A stretch of 64,000 bases of DNA from assembly GCF_030028105.1 (NCBI RefSeq), contig NC_092377.1, forward strand, positions 16,178,782 through 16,242,781, written 5' to 3'. Both the position numbers and the translations under genes were made by a program. Below, in pieces: positions 1-13,027 of the stretch. The stretch comes from Mobula birostris. Lineage: Eukaryota. The notes under the pieces are model-generated. The model searched no databases. It was not told where the DNA came from and saw only the letters and a list, made by a program, of their open reading frames with translations. Every line of letters starts with the position of its first letter. Within the stretch, counting starts at the first letter, position 1.

Positions 1-2350
1 TCAGCCCAGTTCTGCATCCTATTAATGTCTCTCTGCAATCTTTGACAATCCTCTACACTATCTACAACACCGCCAACCTTTGTGTCATCTGCAAACTTGC
101 CAACCCACCCTTCTACCCCCACATCTAGGTCGTTAATAAAAATCACGAAAAGTAAAGGTCCCAGAACAGATCCTTGTGGGACACCACTAGTCACAATCCT
201 CCAATCTGAATGTACTCCCTCCACCACCACCCTCTGCCTTCTGCAGGCAAGCCAATTCTGAATCCACTTGGCCAAACTTCCCTGGATCCCATGCCTTCTA
301 ACTTTCTGAATAAGCCTACTGTGTGGAACCTTGTCAAATGCCTTACTAAAATCCATATAGATCATATCCACTGCACTACCCTCATCTATATGCCTGGTCA
401 CCTCCTCAAAGAACTCTATCAGGCTTGTTAGACACGATTTGCCCTTCACAAAGCCATGCTGACTGTCCCTGATCAGACCATGATTCTCTAAATGCCTATA
501 GATCCTATCTCTAAGAATCTTTTCCAACAGCTTTCCCACCACAGACGTAAGGCTCACTGGTCTATAATTACCCGGACTATCCCTACTACCTTTTTTGAAC
601 AAGGGAACAACATTTGTCTCCCTCCAATCCTCCGGTACCATTCCCATGGACAACAAGGACATAAAGATCTTAACCAGAGGCTCAGCAATCTCTTCTCTCG
701 CCTCGTGGAGCAGCCTGGGGAATATTCCGTCAGGTCCCGGGGACTTATCTGTCCTAATGTATTTTAACAACTCCAACACCTCCTCTCCCTTAATATCAGC
801 ATGCTCCAGAACATCAACCTCACTCATATTGTCCTCATCATCATCAAGTTCTCTCTCATTGGTGAATACCGAAGAGAAGTACCGAAAGGCCAGGGAAGAG
901 AAGTATTCACTGAGGACCTCGCTCACTTCCACAGCCTCCAGGCACATCTTCCCACATTTATCTCTAATTGGTCCTACCTTCACTCCTGTCATCCCTCTGT
1001 TCTTCACATAATTGAAGAATGCCTTGGGGTTTTCCTTTACTCTACTCACCAAGGCCTTCTCATGCCCCCTTCTTGCTCTTCTCAGCCCCTTCTTAAGCTC
1101 CTTTCTTGCTTCCCTATATTCCTCAATAGACCCATCTGATCCTTGCTTCCTAAACCTCATGTATGCTGCCTTCTTCCTCCTGCCTTCTTTCCACCTCACT
1201 TGTCACCCATGGTTCCTTCACCCTACCATTCTTTATCTTCCTCAACGGGACAAATTTATCCCTTACATCCCGCAAGAGATCTCTAAACATCGACCACATG
1301 TCCATAGTACATTTCCCTGCAAAAACATCATCCCAATTCACACCTGCAAGTTCTAGCCTCATAATTTGCCTTTCCCCAATTAAAAATTTTCCTGTCCTCT
1401 TCCATGATAATTATAAAGGCCAGGGAGCGATGGTCACTGTCCCCCAGATGCTCACCCACGGCGAGATCTGTGACCTGACCCGGTTCAATACCTAGTACTA
1501 GATCTAGTATGGCATTCCCCCTGGTCGGCCTGTCCACATACTGTGACAGGAATCCATCCTGGACACACTTAACAAATTCTGCCCCATCTAAACCCTTGGA
1601 ACTAATCAGGTGCCAATCAATATTAGGGAAGTTAAAGTCACCCATTCTAACAACCCTGTTATTTTTGCACCTTTCCAAAATCTGCCTCTCAATCTGCTCC
1701 TCTGTATCTCTGCTGCTACCAGGGGGCCTATAGAATACCCCCAGTAGAGTAACTGCTCCCTTCCTGTTCCTGACTTCCACCCATATTGACTCAAAAGAGG
1801 ATCCTGCTACATTACCCACCCTTTCTGTAGCTGTAGTAGTATCCCTGACCAGTAATACCACCCCTCCTCCCCTTTTTCCACCCTCTCTATCCCTTTTAAA
1901 GCACTGAAATCCAGGAATATTGAGAATCCATTCCTGCCCTGGTGCCAGCCAAGTCTCTGTAATGGCCACTACATCATAATTCCATGTATGTATCCAAGCT
2001 CTCAGTTCATCACCTTTGTTCCTGATGCTTCTTGAATTGAGGTACACACATTTCAGCCCTTCTACCTTATTGTCTTTACACCGTTTATTCTGCTTCTCTT
2101 TCCTCAAAGCCTCTCTGTATGTTAGATCTGGCTTTACTCCATGCACTTCTTTCACTGCTCTATCGCTCTGGGTCCCATCCCCCTCGCAAATTAGTTTAAA
2201 CCCTCCCAAACCATGCTAGCAAACCTACCTGCAAGGATATTGCTCCCCCTCGAGTTCAGGTGCAACCCATCCAATCTGTACAGGTCCCACCTTCCCCAGA
2301 AGAGATCCCAATGATCTAAAAATCTAAAACCCTGCTCCCCGCACCAACTT
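1..2350 (-). mobile_element. CR1 LINE: ORF1 esterase C-terminus, ORF2 APE endonuclease and RT remnants
   Basis: ORF 1328-2209 has APE motifs (YLNSRSIRNK, VAITETWL, VFYRPP, GDFNFP, LDLVL, SDH); minus 2221-2340 reads DHWDLFWGRWDLYRLDGLHLN (SGNH block V); frameshifted RT in 1-1360. Confidence 0.92.
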
Positions 2351-2351
2351 C

Positions 2352-2550
2352 ACAGGCATCTGTGGAGGGCAGGTCGTTGGGTGTATTTAAGGCAGAGCTT
2401 GATAGGTTCTTGATTGGACATGGCATCAAAGGTTATGGGGAGAAGGCTGAGGAGTGGGGCTGAGGAGGGGAAAAAAGAATCAACCATGATTGAATGGTAG
2501 AGCAGACTCGACAGGCCAAATGGCCTAATTCTGCTCCTTTGACTTATGGT
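2352..2550 (+). mobile_element. CR1 3' end fragment
   Basis: Typical CR1 3' terminus (gtatttaaggcagag...gataggttcttgatt...ggccaaatggcctaattctgctcct), repeated elsewhere in the window. Confidence 0.8.
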
Positions 2551-3106
2551 CCAAGAAACTATCAAAATTCAGAATGATGAAGAAGCAAAAATGCTTTTCA
2601 AAAATATCAGCTTTTGTGGTAGGAGCCTACACTCTCATATAAAGTTTCATGGTCTTTAGAGAAGAGCCAAACTGCTCTTCGTTGCATTTCCATCCTCCTA
2701 CCTTGTTGAAAGAAGCTTAATGGGAGTGAACCACACACTGACAAAAACAGAAACGGCTTGGACATTGTTGTGTGTGGGGACTTAAAACTTTTGCTGTCAC
2801 AACTTGTACCAGATATTTCAACTCTTGCTAAAAACCATCAAGCAAGGATCACATTGATAGCAAAGCTGCTGTACAGCACCCAGATACTGTGTAAGCTAGG
2901 TTTAAAGACAAATAAAAATCGAAAGCAGAATCATTTTCCCCATGTTATCATATTTTAGGCATGTTTTTACATTATGAGGGTGCCAGAAAGTATGCCTAAG
3001 AGGGGTGTTGGCAGGTATGAAGGTGCTTGTTGGGGGGGGGCGGTGGTTGGCAAGTATGAAGGTGCTTTAGGGGAGGCGTTGGGCTAAAAAAGGTTGGGAA
3101 ACACTG
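2551..3106 (+). mobile_element. hAT (Buster/Charlie-type) DNA transposon, 3' portion
   Basis: Homologous to 31785-32310 (IKIQNDEEAK, FPSSYLVE, GDLKLLLSQL); ends in TIR AGGTTGGGAAACACTG followed by ctcTAagc (Buster-type nnnTAnnn). Confidence 0.85.
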
Positions 3107-3364
3107 CTCTAAGCTCATCCGCCTTTCCTATAATACACCTTGCATTGAAATAAACACAACTCAGATCATTAGTCCCACCCTGCTCAATCTTCTCCTTGCC
3201 TTTATATTTTTTACATCAACTATACTAGTACTGAGGTGTAGCTTACCTTCCTTGGTATAACATAATCTTTTCTTTTGTTAAATTCTTGCAGTGCTTTTGT
3301 TTGTATCTAATTTCAGGATTTGCTAAAGTCAGCATCACTGTTTTCCCTTCAAGACAGCGGTGAG

Positions 3365-4711
3365 CTTCTACTTTACCATCAACCATTATGAAATGCTTTG
3401 AGTGACTGGTCATGGAGCACGTTAAAGCCTTACTCCCAAGAAAATTGGACCCATCCAGTTCACTTATCATTCAGGTCGATCCACTGAAAATGCAGTAGCC
3501 TCTGCCCTCCAGTCTGCCCTGACCCACCTGGAAAATGGGGTCCCATATGCCAGACTGCTGTTTATAGACTTCAGTTTGCCTTCAACACCTTCATAACCCA
3601 GACACTGGTGGGGAAGCGGTCCTCGCTGGGTCTCAACGCCCCTCCCTCTGTAACTGGATCCTGAACGGAAAGGGCGCAGTCAGCCCATGTGGGCAGCATG
3701 CCTCTCGTCCCATTACGCTCAGCACTGTCTCTCCCCAAGGCTGTGTGCTCGGCACGCTGCTGTTCACACTGCCGACACATGGCTGTGTCGCAGGATCCAG
3801 CTCAAACTGTGTCACCAAGTTTGCTGATGACACAACAGTGTTTGGCCTTATCAAGAACGGTGACGAGACGGAGTATAGAGAGGAAGTGGAGCGGCTGGCG
3901 GATTGGTGTGAGAAGAACAACCTAAGCCTGAACATGGAGAAGACAAAGGCAATCATCGTGGACTTCAGGAAAGTTTAGATGAACCAACCCCTTCTGCGAA
4001 TACGTGGCTCCAAGTTCCTGGGAATTCACATCACAGATTACCTCACCTGGCTCCTTAATGTCAACCCCCACCCCCGCAAACAGGAAGGCACAACAGCGCC
4101 TCCACTTCCTGAGGAGATTAAGGCAAGCGAGGCTCCCCCACCTCCCCCATCTTAACTGAATTTTACAGGAGCACCAGTGAGAGCATCCTGACAAGCTGCA
4201 TGTCCATCTGGTCTGGGAGCAGCCGAGCATCGGACCAGAAGTCCCAACAAAGGACTGTGAGGACGACTGAGAGGGTCATAGGGGTCCCCCTACCATCCAT
4301 CGGGGACAGTTGTCAGGAGCGCTGCACACACTGAGTATTATTAAGGATCCCACCCATCCATCCAGCACCCTCTTTGACTTTCTACCATTAAGAAGGAGAC
4401 TATAACGAATAAAATAAAGAACAGTCAGGATGGGAAACAGTTTCTTCCCTCAGGCCATTAGGCTTCTGAGCTCCCTGCTGCATCGCATTCAAAGTGTTAC
4501 CGGTTAATCTGTTCTGTAGCTTACAATATTTAATTTTTACTTTGTTTATTTATGTGTAATCCATCTGTAGATTTCACCCTTACTTTCATAAGTAAGGATA
4601 TGTATGTTATGTGTACTGCTGTGTTTACATCCAGGTTCGGAGAAGTGTTGTCTCGTTTGTCAGTATACATGTACCTAGTTAAATGAAAATAAGCAACTTG
4701 ACTTAACTTGA
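3365..4711 (+). mobile_element. Rex1/Babar-clade LINE, RT plus 3' end
   Basis: FADDTTVFGLIKNGDETEYREEVERLADWC...KTKAIIVDFRK (ORF 3745-3978); 3' tail acttgacttaacttga. Confidence 0.88.
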
Positions 4712-5907
4712 GCAGTACGTGAAGGTTCACGTGTTGAAGGTACTCCTCCAAGACTCTGATATAGGACCTACACAGGTTCTCGGACCTGCTCTTGTCGGTA
4801 GTGGTCAAGACAGTCACAGTTTGTCAGTTGTGCAGAGTCCTTTGTGTTGAATGCCCTTCCAGTAGGTATTGTGTTTCTGTGCGTGTTTCACTCATTTTTT
4901 CTGCCATTTACATGATCTGTTCTTTTGTTTTGTGCATTGGGTGTTTGACGTTTCCTTTGGACGGCTTCCACAGTGTTTCTTTGTTCCACGGATGTCTGTA
5001 GGAAGATGATTCTCAGGGTTGTATATCATAAGTCATTTAGGCCATTCAGCACATCAAATCCACTCTGCATTTCATCATGGCCGATCCCAGATCCCACTCA
5101 ACCCCATACACTGCCCTCTCACCATATCCCTTGATGCCATGACCAATCTGGAATCTATCAACTTCTGCTTTAAATATACGCACAGACTTTGCTTCCACTG
5201 CAGTCTGTGGCAGAGCATTCCACAGATTCACCACTCTTAGCCTAAAAAAAATTCTCCTTACCTCTGTTCTAAAAGGTCACCCCACAAGTTCGAGGCTGTG
5301 CCCTCTAGTTCTAGATCCCCCCACCAGAGGAAACATCCTCTCTACATCCACCCTATCTAGTCCTTTCAACATTCTATAGGTTTCAATGAGATCCCAATGC
5401 ATTCTTCTAAATTTCAGTGAGTACAGACCCAAAGCTGCCAGACACTCTTCATATGTTAACCTCTTCATTCCTGGAATCATCCTCATGAACTTCCTCTGGA
5501 CTCTCTCCAATGGCAATACATCCTTTCTGAGATAAGAGGCCCAAGACTGTTGACAATACTCCAAGTGCAGGCAGACCAGTGTCTTAAAAAGTTTCAGCAT
5601 TATCTCCTTGTTTTTATATTCTATTCCCCTTGAAATAAATGCCAACATTGCATTTACCTTCTTTGCCACAGACTCAACCTGCAAATTAACCTTCTGGGAG
5701 TTTTGCATGAGGACTCCTAAGTCCCTCTGCACCTCTGATGTTTGAACCTTCTCCCCATTTAGATAATAGTCCTCATTATTGTTCCTTTTACCAAGATGCA
5801 TTATCATACATTTCACAACACTGTATTCCATCTGCCACTCCTTTGCCCATTCTTCCAATTTGTCCAAGTCCTGTTGTAATCGCATTGCTTCCTCAGCACT
5901 ACCTACC

Positions 5908-8900
5908 CCTTTCTGTACCATCTAGATCATCTACCAACCGTCACCAACTGAGGCAAATCAGATAGAACCATCAATTCAACTTGACGAAACAACCCTGGAA
6001 AACGTGGACCACTTTCTGTATCTTGGAAGTCACCTCTCCTCCAATGTCGACCTTAATGACGAGATCCAACATCGTCTTAAATGCGCTGGAACAGCTTTTG
6101 GATGTCTCCGAAAAAGAGTCTTTCATGATCGTGACATCCGAACAGACACCAAAATGTTAGTGTACAAAGCAGTGGTAATCCCAGCGCTCCTGTATGCTTC
6201 AGAAACCTGGACAACGTACCGAAGACATCTGAAGGCACTTCAAAAGTTCCATCAACGCTGTCTTCAAAACATCTTAAATATCACTCATAACACACTGGAG
6301 GTGCTCAGCAGGTCGGGCAGCATCCGTGGAAATGATCAGTCAACATTTCAGGCCGGAACCCTTCGTCAGGACTGAAGAGGGAAGGGGCAGAGGCCCTATA
6401 ATGAAGGTGGGGGGAGGGTGGGAAGGAGAAGGCTGGTAGGTTCCAGGTCAAAAACCAGTAAGGAGAAAGATAAAGGGGTGGGGGAGGGGAGGCAGGGAGG
6501 TGATGGGCAGGAAAGGTGAAGAAGGAATAGGGGAAAACACAATGGGTAGTAGAAAGAGGCGGAACCATGAGGGAGGTGATAGGCAGCTGGGGGAGGGGGC
6601 AGAGTGAAACTGGGATGGAAGAAGGGAGGGGGAGGGAATTACCGGAAGCTGGAGAATTCTATGTTCATACCAAGGGGCTGGAGACTACCCAGACGGTATA
6701 TGAGGTATTGCTCCTCCAACCTGAGTTTAACCTCATAATGGCAGTAGAGGAGGCCATGTATGGACATATCTGAATGGGAATGGGAAGCAGAGTTGAAGTG
6801 GGTGGCTACCGGGAGATCCTGTCTGTTGTGGCGGATGGAGTGGAGGTGCTGGATGAAGCGGTCCCCCAATCTACGTTGGGTTTCACTGATGTAGAGGAGG
6901 CCGCACAGGGAGCACCGGATGCAATAGATGACCCAAACAGACTCACAAGTGAAGTGTTGCGTCACCTGGAAGGACTGTTTGGGGCCGTGAATGGTGGCAA
7001 GAGAGGAGGTGTAGGGACAAGTGTAGCACTTACACTTACAGGAATAAGTGCCGGGTGGGAGATCCGTGGGGATGGACGTGCGGATAAGTGAGTCGCGGAG
7101 GGATCGATCCCTGTGGAAAGCGGGGACGGGTAGAGAGGGAAAGATGTGCTTAGTGGTGGGGTCCTGTTGAAGGTGGCGGAAGTTGCGGAGGATAATGTGC
7201 TGGATCCGGAGGCTGGTGGGGTGGTAGGTGAGGACAAGGGGAACTCTTCCCTGTTGTGGTTGCGGGAGGATGGGGTGAGGGCCGAAGTGCAGGAAATGGA
7301 GGAGATGCGGGTGAGGGTATCATTGATGATGGCAGAAGAGAAACCACGATCCATAAAGAAAGAGGACATTTGAGATGTCCTGGAATGGAAAGCCTCATCC
7401 TGGGAGCAGATACGGTGGAGGCGGAGGAACTGGGAATAGGGAACGGCATTTTTGCATGTGGCAGGGTGGGAAGAGGTATAGTTGAGGTAGTTATGAGAGT
7501 CAGTGGACTTGTAGAAGATGTCAGTGGACCGTCTGACTCCAGAGATGGAGACCGAGAGATCGAGAAAGGGGAGAGAAGTTTCTGAGATGGACCAAGTGAA
7601 ATTGAGGGCTGGGTGGAAATTTGAAGTAAAGTTGATGAAATTGACGAGCTCAGCATGGGTGCAGGAAGCAGCACCAATGTAGTCGTCAATGTAGCGAAGG
7701 AAAAGTTGGGGAGCAGTACCAGAATAGGTTTGGAGCATAGACTGTTCCACATAACCAACGAAGAGGCAGGCGTAGCTGGGTCCCATGCGAGTTCCCATAG
7801 CTACACACTTGGTCTGAAGAAAGTGGGAAGAGCCAAAAGAGAAGTTATTAAGTGTGAGAACCAGTTCTGCCAACCGGAGGAGGGTGGTAGTTGTGGGGAA
7901 CTGGTGAGGTCTATTATCCAGAAAGTAGCGGAGGGCTTTGAGGCTGTCTTGATGGGGAATGGAAGTGTATAAGGATTGGACATCCATAGTGAAAATGAAG
8001 CGGTCAGGACCGGGGAACCGGAAGTTATTGAAGTGATAGAGGGCATGGGAAGTACCCCAGATGTAGGTGGGGAGGGACCGAACTATGGGTGACAAAATGG
8101 AGTCTGGGTAGGCAGATACAAGTTCGGTGGGGCAGGAGCAGGCAGAAACTATGGTAGTATTCTACTACCCATTGTGCTTTCCCTTATTCCTTCTTCACCT
8201 TTCCTGCCAACCCCTCCCTGCTTCCCGTCCCCCACCCCTTGATCTTTCCCTTCACTAATTTTTCACCTGGCACCTACCAGCCTTCTCCTTCCCACCCTCC
8301 CCCCACCTTCTTTATAGGGCCTCTGCCCCCTCCCTCTACAGTCCTAACAAAGGGTTTCGGCCCAAAACGTTGACTGATCGTTTCCACGGATGCTGCCCGA
8401 CCTGCTGAGTTCCTCCAGCGTTTTGTGAGTGTTGCTTTGACCCCAGCATCTGCAGAGTATTTCGTATCTTAAATATCAGCTGGGAAGATAGAAGAACCAA
8501 CGTCAGTGTGCTAAATGAAGCAAAAACAACAAGCATTGAAGCCTACATCATCAAGAATCAACTAAGATGGAGTGGTCATGTTGTTCAGATGAAAAACGAA
8601 CAACTGCCGAAACAAATCTTCTACTCCCAGCTTAAAGAAGGAAAACGTAAAAGAGGCGGACAACAGAAGAGATTCAAAGACATCTTAAAAGCCAACATGA
8701 AGAAATGTAACATCGACATCAACAATTGGGAAACCAATGCCAAGGACAGGAAACTCTGGCAAGCCATCATCTGAGAAGGAACAGCAACTTTCGAAGCCAA
8801 CAGATGTACAGAATTAGAAGAAAAGAGAAGAAAATGGAAAGAGAGGCAGCAACAACCAAAGCCCGATCTGCCATCTGGAGCTACCTGTCCTGAATGCGGA

Positions 8901-9010
8901 AGAACTTTCAAAGCCAAGATTGGACACATAAGCCAATAGAGAGCCCATAAGTAGATCAACAGAATAAAGATCATCATCCTCGACCTCGAGGGATAGCTAC
9001 AACGACAACG
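5908..9010 (+). mobile_element. RTE-clade LINE, 5'-truncated, with 10-bp TSD
   Basis: FLYLGSHLS...VYKAVVIPALLYASETW...FHQRCLQNILNI continues after the Penelope insert as SWEDRRTN...QLRWSGHVVQM; C-terminal CPEC..H motif; short caa/cga tail; TSD actacctacc at 5898-5907 and 9011-9020. Confidence 0.9.
6284..8465 (-). mobile_element. Penelope-like element (RT + GIY-YIG) with inverted pseudo-LTRs
   Basis: ORF 6962-8095 has the PLE RT (MDVQSLYTSIP, AMGTRMGPSYA, LRYIDD); ORF 6639-6965 has GIY-YIG (VIYCIRCSLCGLLYISET..R..H); 6284-6560 and 8157-8440 are inverted repeats; TSD atcttaaatatca at 6271-6283 and 8466-8478. Confidence 0.93.
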
Positions 9011-10143
9011 ACTACCTACCTCTCCACCTTTCTTCATATCATCCGCATACTTTGCCACAAAGCCATCAATTCAACAATCTAAATCGTTGACAAACAATGT
9101 GAAAAGTAGCGGTCCCAATACTGACCCCTGAAGAACACCACTGGTGACTGGCAGCCAACCAGAAATCTTTATTCCCACTCACTGCCTCCTGCCTGTCAGC
9201 CATTCTGCTATCCATGCCAATATATTTCCTGCAACGCTTTAGGATTTTATCATGTTAAGCAGTCTCATGTGAGGCACCTTATCAAATGCCTTCTGAAAAT
9301 CTAAGTAAGTGACATCCACTGTCTCTCTTTTGTTTACCCTGCTTGCTATTTCCTCAAAGAATTCTAACAGGTTTGTCAGGCAAGATTTTCCTTTACAGAA
9401 ACCATGCTGAATTTGATTTATTTTATCATTAGTGTCCAAGTACCCCGAAATCTTGTCCTTAATAATGGACTTTCCCAACCACTGAAGTTAGGCTAACTGG
9501 CCTATAATTTCCTCTCTTTTGTCTTCCTTCCTTCTTAAAGAGTGGAGTGACATTTATGCAGTCCTTAACTTCCCTTGTCAGCCACGGTTGTCGACTCCTG
9601 CCATTTGAGAACTTCTTCTTCCATGGGGCATATCTATCCTGTGCCTTGTGAACTGTTCCCAGAAACTTCAACCACCTCTGTTCTGCTGTCATCCTCGCCA
9701 GTATCCTCCAATCCACCTGGACAAGCTTCTCTCTCATGCCTCTGTAATTCCCTTTATTCCATTGAGATACTGATACATGAGACTTATGCTTCTCCCTCTC
9801 AAATTGCAGAATGAATTCAATCATACTATGATCCTAAGGGTTCCTTTACATTAAGCTGACTAATAAAATCTGGGTTATTGCTCAACACCCAATCTAAAAT
9901 AGCCTTTCCCCGAGTAGGCTCAAGCACAAGCTGCTCTAAAAAGCCATCTCGTTGGCATTCAAAAAATTCCTTCTCTTGTGAATCGACACCAACCTGATTT
10001 TCCCAATCCCCTTGCATACTGAAGTCCCCCATTACATTGTGTCATTAACCTTACATGCCTTTTCCAGCTCCCTTTGCAATTTCAACCCCACAGCTTGGCT
10101 ACTATTTTGAGTCCTATATATGATTCCCATAATGGTTCTTTTA

Positions 10144-10390
10144 GGCGGCTGGTGGCGTAGTGGCATCAGCGCTGGACTTTGGGGTGAGAGGTCCCGAGTT
10201 CGATTCCAGCTGGCACCCTTGCATGCTCTCCATCTGTGCTGGGTTAAGAGCTGGTGATCTCTTAAAAGAAAACTCACCCGACAGAAGGCAATGGCAAACC
10301 ACTGCTGTAACTAGCCTCGTAAACGATTTCCCAATACGTCAGAGCGGCGTGGAAGGAAATCTCCCGCTAACTGGGAGATTCCGGATGCGT
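10144..10390 (+). mobile_element. tRNA-derived SINE with 16-bp TSD
   Basis: A-box TGGCGTAGTGG, B-box GAGTTCGATTCC; body contains gaaggcaatggcaaaccact; TSD cataatggttctttta at 10128-10143 and 10391-10406. Confidence 0.9.
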
Positions 10391-10850
10391 CATAATGGTT
10401 CTTTTACCGTTGCAGTTTCTTAACTCCTCCCACAAAGATTCAACATTCTCTGACCCTATGTTACCTCTTTCTAAAGATGTAATTCCATCTCTTACCAACA
10501 GAGCCACACCACTGACTATGCCTTCCTGCCTGTCCTTTCAATATAAAGTATATCCTTTGATGTTAAACTCCCAGCTATGGCCTTCTTTCAGCCACCACTC
10601 AGTGATGCCTGCAACGTCATACCGACCAATCCCTAATTGTGTTACGAGTTCCTCCACCTTATTCCGAATGCTATGCGCATTTAAACACAGTACCTTCAGT
10701 CCTGCATTCTTCGTCCTTTTGAATTTTGTCCCTGTGGTACAACTTAATTCTTTGTTCTGTCTGCATTGGTACCCAATCATTGGCCTGTCCTTCCTTACAT
10801 TCATATTACATCATCTACTTGTAAACCTGCTGGCTCATCCTCAGCTCTAT

Positions 10851-11194
10851 CATAGAAACATAGAAAACCTACAGCACAATACAGGCCCTTCAGCCCACAA
10901 AGCTGTGCCGAACATGTCCTTACCTTAGAAATTACCTAGGATTACCCATAGCCCTCTATTTTTCTGAGCTCCATGTACCTGTCCAGGAGTCACTTAAAAG
11001 ACCCTGTCGTTTCTTCCTCCACCACTGCTGCCAGCAGCCCATTCCATGCACTCACCACTCTCTGCGTAAAAAAACTTACCTCTGTACCTACTTCCAAGCA
11101 CCTTAAAACTGTGCCTTCTCGTGCTAGCCATTTCAGCCACGGGAAAAAGCCTCTGACGATCCACACGATCAATGCCTCTCATCATCTTATACAC
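10851..11194 (-). mobile_element. CR1 3' end inserted in an older CR1
   Basis: catagaaacatagaaa tail; minus translation YKMMRGIDRV...FFTQRVVSAWN. Confidence 0.8.
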
Positions 11195-12387
11195 TAGTTC
11201 CCATCCCATTTTAGTTTAAGCCATTCCCAACAGCTCTTGTAAACCTGCCCCCAGGAATATTGGTTCCCCTTGAATTCAAGTGCAACCTGTCTCTTTTATA
11301 CAGGTCTTACCTGCCCCAGAAGAAATCCCAATTATCCAGAAATCTGAATCCCTGCCCCCTGCTCCAATTCTTCAGCCGTGCAGAATCTGCCACCTCATTC
11401 TATTCCTGTCCTCACTGTTGCATGGCACAAGCAGCAATCCCATAATTACTACACTTGAGGTCCTCCTTCTCAGCTTCCTTCCACACTCCCTGTATTCTTT
11501 TTTCAGGACCTCCTCCTTTTTTCTAACTATGCCATTGGTACCAATATGTACTACAATTTCTGGCTGCTCACCGTCCCTTTTCAGGATATTGGAGGTGTGT
11601 CCAGAAACATCTCGGACCTTGATACCTGGAGGCAAACTACCATCCACGTTTCCTTTTTGCTTCTACAGAATCACCAATATGTCCCCCTGACTATAGAGTC
11701 CCCTATTACTGCTGCCACCCTCTGCAATGTCCTGCCCATCTGAACCACAGGGCCGAACTCAGTGGCAGAGGCACGGCCACTGTTGCTTTCCCCAGGTAAG
11801 TCCCACACCCCCTCCCCAACAGTACTCAAAATTATTGAGAGGGATGGTCACAGGGGTGCTCTCCACTATCTGGCGTTCTCCCATCAGCGTCTCCTGACAG
11901 TCACCCATTTATCAGTCTCCTGTAGCCTTGGGGTGACTACCTCCCTGTAGCTCCTGTCTTTCATTGCTTCACTTACCTTAACAAGCCAAAGGTCATGAGC
12001 TGCAGCACCAGTTCTCTAATACGTGCTCCAACGAGCTGCATCTTGATGCACCTAGTGCAGATATGGCCATCGGGGAGGCTGGAAGTCTCCTGGAAATCCC
12101 ACAGCCGAACACTAGCTCTACAAACATACCCCTATTCTCTCAAGAGTTAATTCAGAAAAAAAGAAATAGGAAATAAGGAATGAACTTACCTATTTACCTT
12201 GCCTCTGCCTGTTCTCGCTGAAGCCCTGTTGAGCCAAAGCCTTACTACTCTGACGATGACTGCTCCCACGATAAATGCTCCACTAAGTGGTACCTCTGTT
12301 TTATAGAGTCTGGGTTTTTTAGCTGGTGAAGCACAAACCCATCTCTGCTTTGATTGTGAGTAACCCGGGACAGGGTGTTTGGAATTT

Positions 12388-12672
12388 CAAACACAAGAAG
12401 TTCTACAGATGCCGGCATAACATACACAAAATACAGGAGGAACTCAGCAGGTCAGACAGCATCTACGGAGAGGTATAAAGAGCTGATGTTTTGGGCTGAG
12501 ACCCTTCATCCGGACTGGAAAGGACTGGGGAAGAAGGTGTGAGGAGGGGCAGGAGTACAAGCTAGAAGGTGATAGGTGAGACCAGGTGAAGGGAAGGTGG
12601 ATGGGTGAAGGAGGGGTTATGAAATGAGGTTGGAGCTGGGAGGTGATAGGTGGAAGAGGTAAAGGGACTGAA
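12388..12672 (-). mobile_element. Penelope pLTR-derived non-autonomous fragment
   Basis: ggaggaactcagcaggtcag..cagcatcta..gagacccttcatc.ggactgg, homologous to 6290-6480. Confidence 0.75.
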
Positions 12673-12674
12673 AG

Positions 12675-13027
12675 TCCACTCCCATCAGGGAGGATGCTAT
12701 GCAGCATCCACCCCAGACCATCAGACTCAAAAACGATTATTTTCCCCAAGCAGTAAGGCCGATCAACACCTCCTCACACTAACCCACCACCACTACTTTA
12801 TCATTTCCTTTCAGAGCCACCTTATGTACAGACACTCCTGCGCCTACATGGACATACAATCAATCTATATACATATATAAGCTATCCTATATATTAATAT
12901 TTATTGTGGTTTTTATTGTTGTGTTCTTTATCTTATTGTGTTTTTTGTGTGTTGCATGGGATTCGGAGTATTAATTATTTTGTTCTCCTTTACACTTGTG
13001 TCCTGGAAATGACATTAAACAATCTTG
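12675..13027 (+). mobile_element. Rex1/Babar 3' end
   Basis: ctcccatcagggagg...ccccaagcagtaagg...ggaaatgacattaaacaatcttg, homologous to the 3' part of 22885-24146. Confidence 0.7.

Larger units (their letters stand above)
5028..12300 (-). mobile_element. Near full-length decayed CR1 LINE interrupted by RTE, Penelope, SINE and CR1 insertions
   Basis: ORF2 C-terminus 5277-5907, RT 9021-9560 ([22 protein letters not shown]), endonuclease 9826-10804, ORF1 SGNH esterase (AVIGDSIVRG ~11685-11712; VVHIGTNG in 11372-11647) and ORF1 N-terminus/5'UTR to ~12300. Confidence 0.85.

Noticed and set aside
1-2550. Single twin-primed (5'-inverted) CR1
   Set aside because: The geometry fits, but the two parts look like different CR1 subfamilies and the left boundary is outside the window.
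10144-10216. tRNA gene
   Set aside because: The A/B boxes belong to a SINE head with body and TSD; no complete cloverleaf with terminator.
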